A stretch of 64,000 nt of DNA, from positions 2,048,001 through 2,112,000 of the forward strand of contig OZ252239.1 of NCBI GenBank assembly GCA_965249485.1, written 5' to 3'. Position 1 is the stretch's first letter. Every line of letters begins with the position of its first letter. The notes beneath the pieces are model-generated. The model was not told where the DNA came from and did not search any database. It saw only the letters and a program-made list of their open reading frames with translations. This document shows positions 52,000 to 61,156 of the stretch, piece after piece. The translations under genes and the position numbers were made by a program. This DNA comes from a bacterium (lineage in GTDB: Bacteria; SM23-31).

Positions 52000-52168
52000 A
52001 ATGTGCACCTCATTTAATAATCATCGTGATAATAAATAGAATTTGATAAATTTGTTTACTCGCAAAGATTCAATACGCTCCTAAGTTTAGATACAATCTA
52101 TAATTCCTGCATTAAGTGGTTTAATAAAGTATTACAACATATTTTCTAAGAAAACTAATAAACGTGTG

Positions 52169-53833
52169 TTAATCCAATTCTGCAACAAGATCCTCACTCA
52201 GCATCGAGGGAGCCCAGTATTTCTCGATATATTCAACCATTAACCGTGTCCCTTCGTCATGACTGACATATGGATAATTTTGAGGGTCGTACATCGAATC
52301 GGTCATATCACGCACCAAGACGCAATTTATTCCCCAGGCTTTCATTTGTCGTAACGTGAAAGAACGTGTCAAAATGCAATAATTGGTATGCACGCCCATA
52401 ACAATAAGGTTTTTGATTCCTTGCTGCTGGTAAAAGTTGTACGTTTCAACCCCGCTGTCCGAAATGCCGTCGTACTCACCGATATCGATAAGAGAAATTT
52501 GACGTGTCCATGCACCATAGCCAATGTCGCCGTCAACCTCGCATTCATCTTCATCTTCAATAGGTTTGGGATATTCAGAAAAATCATCTGAAAGTTCGTC
52601 AGCTATGAGCGGAGAAGGCTTTGGTACATCCGGTGCATTTATCATTCGTATTCTTTGAGGCCAGTCATCGTAAAAACTCATCGTTCCGCTCGGAGCATGA
52701 ATTATTTGAATGCCTTTTTCCCGTGCTTGTTTGAGGACGGGATTCATCCTTATAGCCAATTCCCTGACTCTCTCCGAGGAAGCTGAGCACCAGTGTTGAT
52801 CCCACATATCACAAATTATAATTGCCGTCTCGGAAATTTTCCAGTTCTTTTCTAATGCCAGTTCCTGCCAAGTATCGTTTCCGTTCGTGACCTCTTTACG
52901 GCTTCTCATAACCAGATTCATTTCTCCGGTTGGCATTGGCCTTTGTTTCGGCTCAGGCCTCTCTTTATACTCGGGCTCACGGTTACCAGTCCAGAAAAGG
53001 GCATTGGTCACCAGCTTTTTGTATGTTGAGCTTTTCCAATCCTGAAGCCCGCCAATTGCAATATAACATATTCTGGCGCCATTAAAGGTCCGCACCCATA
53101 CCGACGGTTCCGATATGTCATATTCCCTGTTATAATAGAGTAACGGCCCGTCTTGATTAGACACATCTTTATTTGGTATATAACCGGTCATTAATGCCTG
53201 AACATCAGGTGCCACAGGACCTGTTTTATACAGGCTATACCGTGAAGTTAAATTTTTAATACCTTTTAACACGGGATGATTCTCCGCGCCCGGTTCAATC
53301 CTAATTCTCTGAGTAAATCCTGTAATAACACCTTCCGGATCGGGAATACGGTTCCCATTTACATCTTGTACCGGCTGTTCAGGAGCTCCTTCATAATGAT
53401 CATTATAGTTGCCACCAAGAACGAGCTTATCAAACTCCAACCAGTTCTGAAGTCCGTGGCTCGCCGTCCGGATTGCGACCAGCGGCCTGCCGGAAGTTAT
53501 ATAGTTTTTCACGGCTTCCAACTGTTCCCCATCAATCGTAATACGGCGTGTAAATAATAACAGAACATCACAATCATCAAGCGCTTCAAGCCCCTGTAGG
53601 TTGGAATATTCACCTTTAAAATTAATTTCGCCGTCTGCCTGGAGCATTGTGACCCGGACATTCTCAACAGTCTCTTCGAGATAGTTCTTGTAATCATTGA
53701 GTGATATATCTGAAAAATACTCGTTAGAGCCGGAAATAAATACAATCTTATATGGATCGGATTGACCGCATGTAAGCAGGATCGAGCAGCAAAATAAAAT
53801 CGTAAAGAGTATTGAGGACAATTTCTTCATCAT
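52169..53833 (-). CDS. Lipoprotein fusing a ThuA-like domain and an isochorismatase-family hydrolase
   Basis: LLTC lipobox; IRTASH, VLGGNY..H (ThuA); ICDMWDQHWC, IIHAPS, MGVHTNYC, RDMTD (cysteine hydrolase). Confidence 0.8.
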   Translation of the reverse strand: MMKKLSSILFTILFCCSILLTCGQSDPYKIVFISGSNEYFSDISLNDYKNYLEETVENVRVTMLQADGEINFKGEYSNLQGLEALDDCDVLLLFTRRITIDGEQLEAVKNYITSGRPLVAIRTASHGLQNWLEFDKLVLGGNYNDHYEGAPEQPVQDVNGNRIPDPEGVITGFTQRIRIEPGAENHPVLKGIKNLTSRYSLYKTGPVAPDVQALMTGYIPNKDVSNQDGPLLYYNREYDISEPSVWVRTFNGARICYIAIGGLQDWKSSTYKKLVTNALFWTGNREPEYKERPEPKQRPMPTGEMNLVMRSRKEVTNGNDTWQELALEKNWKISETAIIICDMWDQHWCSASSERVRELAIRMNPVLKQAREKGIQIIHAPSGTMSFYDDWPQRIRMINAPDVPKPSPLIADELSDDFSEYPKPIEDEDECEVDGDIGYGAWTRQISLIDIGEYDGISDSGVETYNFYQQQGIKNLIVMGVHTNYCILTRSFTLRQMKAWGINCVLVRDMTDSMYDPQNYPYVSHDEGTRLMVEYIEKYWAPSMLSEDLVAELD

Positions 53834-54001
53834 TATTCCTTCCTTTAAAATATGATAGAGATTTGCAGAAAAATTTATCGCTTGGACGTTGGCTTATGTA
53901 ACGTATTATATTGTAAATAAACAATACTGACCGGATCTTTGATGTCGGATTGATACTGATTAGTATGTGTCACGAATTCCCATAATACTTTATTCATGGA
54001 C

Positions 54002-54017
54002 CGGCACATGCTTTGCT
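54002..54017 (+). promoter_or_regulatory. Putative sigma-54 (-24/-12) promoter
   Basis: CGGCAC-ATGCT-TTGCT with GG-N10-GC spacing. Confidence 0.45.
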
Positions 54018-54417
54018 GACTGATAAATCCGGAAAATATTTTAGAAAGGATATCAGATCATACATTGGCACAAGTATGAACAAAGACCATTTTTGTTCAA
54101 GAAAAAGAGTAAATAAAAATGAAAACAATTGCAAGCCTTTTTTCCAAAACGATCTTAGGTTGTGTTTCAATTATGTCTTATGAATAATAAAAATATTTTT
54201 GAAGTTTACAATTTATTTAATGTATTATAATGTATATATAAACGTATGAATGTCGAACCATTTCAGAAACATACTTTTTAATACTGAACGGATAATTTCC
54301 TGTAAAATTGTCTTTAGAAATCGACGACTAATTCGTATATTTTAATGATCTATATTCAGCTTAGCCGTTTTTAAAAATATTGTTCAAGTTGATCGCTGAT
54401 ACCAAGGAGTAATTAAG

Positions 54418-55773
54418 ATGATCCAAAAATCAGGAATGGACCGAAGACAGTTTATAAAACGCACAGCAGGTGCAGCGGTAGTAGGGATGGAATTTCCCTA
54501 TATTGTCCCGACATCCGTATTGGGTAGAGCTGGCATTGTTCTTCCAAGCGACAAAATTACCGTAGGCTGCATCGGAATGGGAGGTATGGGTTTAGTTGAC
54601 ATGAGATCATTTCTGTTTGAATCGGATACTCGTGTTGTTGCGGTATGTGATGTAGATGCAAATCATCTTCATAGAGCAAAAAATATTGTCGATGAACATT
54701 ACGGGAATAACGATTGTGCAACATATGGCGACTTTCGCGAGCTGATCGCGCGTGATGATATCGACGTCGTAACAGTTGCTACTCCTGACCACTGGCATTC
54801 TATTCCTGCTATTGCTGCTATCAAGGCCGGAAAAGATATTTATGGCGAAAAACCGCTTGCACATTCTCTTCTTGAAGGCCGTGCCATATGTGATGCCGTA
54901 AAGCGGTATGGCTGTGTCTGGCAGACTGGCAGTTGGCAGCGGTCACAGGCAAACTATCGATTTGCCTGTGAATTAGTTCTTAACGGTCGAATCGGCAAAG
55001 TGCATACCGTTGAAATAGGATTACCCGGCGAATACGAGATAAGGGGTAATGAATTACAAACAGTAACAAATCCACCGAAAGAACTTGATTACGATTTTTG
55101 GCTTGGTCCTGCTCCATATTCTGATTATGTGGCTGCCCGAGTACATTACCATTGGAGGTGGATCCGTGAATACGGTGGCGGTCAATTCATGAACACGGTC
55201 AATCACGATGTCGATATCGCTCAATGGGGGCTGGGGCTTGACTATACAGGCCCGGTTGAGATCGAAGGTACAGGTACAAAACCAGAATCCTCTCTGTATA
55301 ACTGTTTCAATCACTATAGCGTTAAAACGAAGTATGCTAATGGTATTGAAATGATCATACTTGGTGCCGGTATGCCGGATGCGGCAGGAAGTGCTGATAT
55401 TCTCGAAGGAGTAAAATGGATAGGTGAGGATGGCTGGGTTTTTGTTGCACGGGGAAAAATTGACGCCAATCCAAAATTGCTGCTGCGCGAAAAACTTAGT
55501 CCAGATGAAATTCATCTTCATCAAGCCAGTTCTATGGGAGATAATGTAGAGCAGGGTCATGTACGCAATTTTTTGGATTGTGTCAAGTCACGGGCAGAGA
55601 CCTTATCCCCAAGTGAAGTTGCGCAACGTTCCACTACTATAGGCCATTTAGGACAGATTTCAATGCTGCTGAATAGAAAGATCCGTTTTAATCCGGAAAC
55701 CGAAGAAATTATAGCAGATACTGCTGCAACAAGAATGCTCGGGAGAGCAATGCGCAGTCCATGGCATCTTTAA
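54418..55773 (+). CDS. Tat-exported Gfo/Idh/MocA oxidoreductase
   Basis: DRRQFIK, IGMGGMG, ATPDHWH, YGEKP, QTGSWQRS, WLGPAP. Confidence 0.92.
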   Translation: MIQKSGMDRRQFIKRTAGAAVVGMEFPYIVPTSVLGRAGIVLPSDKITVGCIGMGGMGLVDMRSFLFESDTRVVAVCDVDANHLHRAKNIVDEHYGNNDCATYGDFRELIARDDIDVVTVATPDHWHSIPAIAAIKAGKDIYGEKPLAHSLLEGRAICDAVKRYGCVWQTGSWQRSQANYRFACELVLNGRIGKVHTVEIGLPGEYEIRGNELQTVTNPPKELDYDFWLGPAPYSDYVAARVHYHWRWIREYGGGQFMNTVNHDVDIAQWGLGLDYTGPVEIEGTGTKPESSLYNCFNHYSVKTKYANGIEMIILGAGMPDAAGSADILEGVKWIGEDGWVFVARGKIDANPKLLLREKLSPDEIHLHQASSMGDNVEQGHVRNFLDCVKSRAETLSPSEVAQRSTTIGHLGQISMLLNRKIRFNPETEEIIADTAATRMLGRAMRSPWHL

Positions 55774-56677
55774 GATTACTCATTGGGGGTAGGGTGCGCA
55801 GATCGAAAAGCGTACATCACTGGGAGTATCAATCCTCATTAGTTGGATTAATCACGATAAAATTTCTGAAAAAAATTAAATATTGAATGTTTCAGCTTAA
55901 TCATTACCTTGTTCTTTATTAACCTTAAATGTAAATAAGTTTACCATTTTATGCCAACCCGTTAATATGTCATTTTAATGCACATATTATTGAATAAGCC
56001 TAATCATCGGGACAGATTCATGTGGCCATAAGGGTGTGGATAACCTTTTTTAGGCAACATCTACGTACAATTTATCATTTTTTTATTGCAAATTAGTAAT
56101 AATCCATGAAATATGTGATTTTCAAGGTGGAATTCAAGAAAATCAGACAGAATTGTACCCTAAATGGCATATAACATTGGTCTTAATGAAATATAAATGG
56201 ACCGCTAATATATATAATGTGATTTATGTAATTGATTATCAGGAATAGGGAGTAGAAAATACTTGTGAAAAAAATATTTATCCCTTACTATTAAATACAC
56301 TACGTCCAGACCTTTTTATTAGTCATTGGTGGATTTTAATCTTAATTTTCATGAAAGGAAAAATCGCACATTAGAAGAGCTGAGTATGGAAGAAATCTTA
56401 TTCAAATGGGATGAACTTCTAAACACGATTCGAACCAACCAATTTTTTATCGGTGTCAGCGTAGCTCTATTCAGCTCGTTTATAACAACACTCTCTTTCA
56501 TCCGCAAATCAAATAAGAAACACTGAAATCTCCACTAAAAAAAGCAAATAATAACTTACAAGAACCATTTCTTCTTTTGACCTCAAGAGTACCTTCGATA
56601 CCTATAGAAAAAGTGACTGAGGGTGTATCCTTTTGTCTTTCACTTCCGTCTAGAAAAGTAGAAAGGAGGTGAAGACA

Positions 56678-57103
56678 ATGGCTGACGCACAAGAATCAAA
56701 TTCACAATTTTCCATAACAGTAGAAGGAACGATGGGAACATGCTCCGTCGGTGAGAAAATCTGAAACAGGAACCTGGCTGAGGGTAAAATTCCGGTATTG
56801 TCCTGTGAAGGAGCCTGCATCAGAGGAGAAATAGCCCGTCTTGCGGCCAACATGGTTGCGAAAGAAGAGCCGTATGGGCGCACCTGCCATGGGGAGTTGT
56901 TTACCGTCCCTCATTCAGCCATCACCTGCTGGAGTAAACAGGCTGATAAAATGGTGGTGATTGACGGCTGCTTCCTGAGGTGCCACGGCAGGATGCTGAT
57001 AAATCTCATTGGTGAAGACCATCTGATTGAATTTGATGCCCTCTCTCATTATAAAAAGTACACTCAGTTTTTCGATATCGATGACGTACCGGTACGTGGT
57101 TAA
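56678..57103 (+). pseudogene. DGC-domain putative zinc-binding protein with in-frame TGA (56762) and truncated 3' end
   Basis: AGGAGGT RBS, ATG 56678; CSVGEKI*NRN..SCEGAC..CHGE..IDGCFLRC. Confidence 0.75.
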
Positions 57104-57300
57104 TTCCACTGCTTATTTGTATAGTTATGATGGTTTTATTCTCCCTGGTTTTCCGGCGGAGAGGATTTGCATCGTGGGGGCGGCCATGTGGATGCAGGTC
57201 TTATAAGGACTCCACCGAAATACCTCTTGAGATCCTCCAGAAGTGGTATGCACAAGGTGAAATTACCAAAGAAGACGCTTGAACGGATACAGGGTGATTG
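57097..57300 (+). pseudogene. SHOCT-domain small membrane protein remnant (not in the ORF track)
   Basis: WLIPLLICIVMMVLFSLVFRRRG...EIPLEILQKWYAQGEITKED, continuing LERIQ in another frame. Confidence 0.65.
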
Positions 57301-57453
57301 CGGTTGCACACATGATCGAGAGTAATCAGAATTACTATCGATATCCGAGAATGGTATTGCCTGTTTGATTACAGGCATGGAACTCCAGGCCACCCTGGGA
57401 TAGTACATAGTATTATGACCATATTCGTTCCAGAAAATATGGAGGAATGAAAA

Positions 57454-57955
57454 ATGCCGCTATATGTTAAAGAATCGAATATACTATCACAGGCTGCCGG
57501 ACTTCAGTCCGTGCTGATTGTGCCGTGCCGGTTCTGCCCTGCTATAAGCATGGCTGTGAAGGAGAAAAAACCTTATATCGAACTTGTTTCGGAGGTTTTT
57601 GAGAATGGAGGCGTATGAGTCGATTATTCTGGACTTGCAACACCGTCTTGCAGATGCGGGAATTACTACAGATGTGTTTGACAGCAAACTTCTGCACCAA
57701 TTTGTGGCATGTATGTGGTCGTCCAGGCGTCGAAGAGCGCTAGCAAAAAGAGCAGCAAAGTTCGATGGTGTGCTAGTTCTGGGATGCGATCCAACGGTTG
57801 AACTTGTGCGTGACGCTCTAGGATCTACCGATTGTCGCGTGATCCGGTGCATGGAAACCGATGGGATAATGAATATTCTGCCGAACGTGAGTTTCTCGTT
57901 CAACGTATCGATTGAGATGCATGGCATAACTCCCGTAGAGATAAAAAGTCACTAA
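57454..57955 (+). pseudogene. Cys-motif hypothetical protein, frameshift near 57583
   Basis: GGAGG RBS; VLIVPCRFCPA in the first frame, continuing as FRRFLR..ACMW..GVLVLGC in ORF 57584. Confidence 0.55.
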
Positions 57956-58149
57956 AACAGCAAAGAAGAATAAACGTCCCATATTTTCGACAAATCTATC
58001 CATACACAACACATAATCTTGGCAGGCAGATACGGTAGCAACAATACGATGGAATTGTTTTGTTCTGCTATTTCGGTTGTTGATGTTGTGCGCTCATTTC
58101 GTTGCAACGCCCAGAAATTCCACACCGTGCTTTTTTGTTGTCCCCACCA

Positions 58150-58949
58150 ACTCCGGAGCATCTGACCAGCCACTCTCTTCAAGGAATCCGCCGAGTTCTT
58201 CAGGTCGTATACTCCAGAGCCACGGTTCTCCACTAATCTTGAGAATCCACAGGACAGCCCCGTCCAACGTCCGGCATCAGGTCGGCCATCAGCACCCGTA
58301 CCAGCATAGCTGAATGCAATCCGACTCACGGAACCAGTAGATTGCAGCACACTGGTCGAACAACTCCCGGGGAGCCGCGGGAGGCAGATTCATCAGCAGA
58401 CCTTCGGCTACAATGACGGTTTGCGCTGTCCGGTCCCATGATGTGTTGGTGCTGAGAACTTCCACTAATTTTCGTTCACCAAGGTCCTCTGCATGCAGAT
58501 GAAGATTATCTCTCTGTCCCATCTGCTCAATTCCCTTTGCTTTGAGGAGGGCCGTTGCCGGGTGATCAATCTCAAAGAAGACGACACACGTGAATTCCGG
58601 TGCCAGCCGCCATCCAAGCGTATCGTACCCCGCACCCAGCACAAGAACCTGGGTGGCTACCTACACCAATCCCTTCCCTTACCTGGCGTTCACAGAACGC
58701 TTTTTTGTGCCCAAAAGCCTCAAATTGACCCCGCATCATCCAGTCGAACGCCTCGTAAGCGGAAACCATTCTTCTGGAACGGGACTGCTGAACCGAAATC
58801 GCACTAACTGCACCGGAGGCAACAAGAAGCTCTGCCGTAGCCTCGACAATCCTGGGGGGAATAACTTCGTTCATTCCGGGTTTCGCTCCCAGAGTGACTA
58901 TATTCAGAGCAACTTTACGCGCCGTCCTACTCGGTGAACCTTTGCGCAT
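58150..58949 (-). pseudogene. Class I SAM methyltransferase (LCM/Ppm-like), frameshifted; 3' end approximate
   Basis: PSRTA, VLGAGYDT, FEIDHPAT..K, VAEGLLM spread over three frames. Confidence 0.8.
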
Positions 58950-59410
58950 AGAATCTCCTTATGTGTTGAACGATATCTATAGCCGACGCCAGAATTATTA
59001 AGACAGGAATGCTAAGTAGAGAAATTAGCCATTGTCAATAGAAATATTATTACCTATAAATGTCAAGATGTTTAGCGAGTGGATGTTCATAAATCGGAGT
59101 AATCGGTGATGGATTTGTTTATATACGATTGTTAACACATAATTGAAAGGTCCGTTTTTCTTACCGGTATTTTCGACTCTCCTACATTTCAATCCATTCA
59201 GAATAAATAACCTTTGCAGTGATTTATCCCCCATAATACCACCAACACGTGAAAAAACTCGTAACTTCCCGCAACTTTCCCTACCCCAAAGAAGTTTAAT
59301 CTTTACACTACTCAAAAAAGAAAAATCATAATGATTTTAAAAAAACTAAGAAAAACTGCTCAATCTGTACTTTGATGCCGTAATGTCAAATTAATTGGCA
59401 GGTGGATAAA

Positions 59411-60493
59411 ATGAATACTATGATAAACTCTAATCGAGGTTTTACCCTTATACACGTTGTTATATTAATGGTCGGTCTTGCGATTGCACCTGGTGTGGCA
59501 CTGAAGGTCACACAACAGGGTGCAACCGAAGCCCGTATTCTTAAATCGATCGATACGATCAAGAATATTCAGAAGGCTCTTTATGGAGACTTGAATATAA
59601 AGGATCAAACCGATTACGGCTTTATCGGTGACATCGGAAGGCTGCCAAACTCCCTTGATGAATTATTGTATGACAATGGTGATCCAAACTGGAATGGGCC
59701 CTACATGGAATCCGATTTTGCAGAAGATCTTTCCAATCCGTATCTCGATGCATGGGGGAACGAAATTATCTATGACAATCTGACCGGAAAATTGAGTTTA
59801 AATTCTGAGTCAATAGGTGATAATATAGTCCATATTCCGGAGCACTTCGATGATATGACAAAGATACTATTCGGAAACATCAGAGGGACACTTATCGATA
59901 AGTACGGTAATTCTATAAAAAATGGTGACCGGCGGCATATATTGATCTATATGGAACCTGTATTCGATGAACGTAACTGGCCACCCATTATACATGATAT
60001 TGAACGGGAGAAGAGAATTTTTCACATGGATCGCATTTGGGGAAAGTACCATAGTGGAGATTCATGGAATGCACTCCATTCATTCTTTGATAAGAGTGAT
60101 AATGATAAAGATCACTGGTCTGAGGGTTGGGATTGGACCGAGGATGACGGTGAAGATGATGATGATAAAGAGAAGAAAGAATTCGATCCGCACTTTGACG
60201 ATTTCTGGAAAGATTTCATTCTTCAGGATGAATATGAACAGAATTTTCTGGGCATACAAGTATTTATACATCCGGATAAACAAGGCGATTACGGCCAGGA
60301 GGATATTCCTGTCAGACCCTATATAATTACTGCATATCATGACAAACTGGAATTGGCGCTCAAACAGTATGTTGTTATTAAACCAGACGAAAAGGTTACT
60401 TTGAACTTCAGGTTTGATGCACTCTTTCCCGGGTACAAAGCACCCAAAGAAGATAAAGAGAAGAAAGATGATGATAAACCTGAAAAAAAATGA
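59411..60493 (+). CDS. Prepilin/pseudopilin-like protein with a GspG-like domain and a C-terminal beta-sandwich
   Basis: NRG|FTLIHVVILMV, DIGRLPNSLDEL, WNGPY, DAWGN. Confidence 0.7.
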   Translation: MNTMINSNRGFTLIHVVILMVGLAIAPGVALKVTQQGATEARILKSIDTIKNIQKALYGDLNIKDQTDYGFIGDIGRLPNSLDELLYDNGDPNWNGPYMESDFAEDLSNPYLDAWGNEIIYDNLTGKLSLNSESIGDNIVHIPEHFDDMTKILFGNIRGTLIDKYGNSIKNGDRRHILIYMEPVFDERNWPPIIHDIEREKRIFHMDRIWGKYHSGDSWNALHSFFDKSDNDKDHWSEGWDWTEDDGEDDDDKEKKEFDPHFDDFWKDFILQDEYEQNFLGIQVFIHPDKQGDYGQEDIPVRPYIITAYHDKLELALKQYVVIKPDEKVTLNFRFDALFPGYKAPKEDKEKKDDDKPEKK

Positions 60494-61156
60494 AATGACC
60501 TGAAGATTTACTTTTTTCATTTTTCCTGTCGGCTTCTTCAATAATAATTCCTCCCACCAAATCAGCAGCTTTTTTCAACTCCTCGTACACGTATGTACTC
60601 TACCAGGAAGCAAAAGAACTTGGCTTTACCATTGACGAACCGGTTAGCTCTTGAGGAGATTCATCATATAATATTTGAAATTAATGGTGCCACTGTATCA
60701 GATCTCGTTGTATTCAAGCAGGCAATACGTTATATGGAATGACGACATTCGGAAGAGTATAAAACCTTTGAGATAGGATATATATCTTGTTATTGCTCAA
60801 GATTTTATTGATTTTTTATTCAATGTGTCCGAAGCGTCTGACGAAACACATCACATGTTAAATAGTATCACAGTTCAACACAATCCATTTATCGTATCTG
60901 TCGGGATTTGTGCCTGCACAATGGTTTAGAATCAACGAACACTTACACAATTGCCAGAAAGAATGCAGAAAGACGAGAGATTATACGTTGACTTCCATAG
61001 AGTAAGAAGAAAAGACTTGGAAAATCTCAATCTATCTCTTACTATTCAACACAAAGTGTTGGTCTTGTTTTTGACAGCATACACTATCGACAGGACCACA
61101 TTTAAAAATGAGTTTGCCGAATCACATTGCGTGATCTGGGAAAAGCTCAATTTTAA

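Noticed and set aside
56035..56043. Perfect DnaA box (TGTGGATAA) suggesting oriC
   Set aside because: Single copy, no box cluster and no dnaA/dnaN context.
56762..56764. In-frame TGA in the Cys-rich DGC gene as selenocysteine
   Set aside because: It is not at a Cys-motif position (probably Gly), no clear SECIS follows, and the gene is also 3'-truncated among pseudogenes.
57136..57408. Minus-strand 90-aa ORF from the track (representative of many antisense ORFs)
   Set aside because: It is the shadow of the plus-strand SHOCT remnant; other nested antisense ORFs overlap well-supported genes.
60164..60468. 17-nt direct repeat GATAAAGAGAAGAAAGA
   Set aside because: Low-complexity D/K/E coding sequence within one gene.
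60889..60972. LSYLSG...INEHLHNCQKECRK resembling a zf-HC2 anti-sigma remnant
   Set aside because: Cys spacing is off, the match is short, and there is no start codon or ECF sigma nearby.
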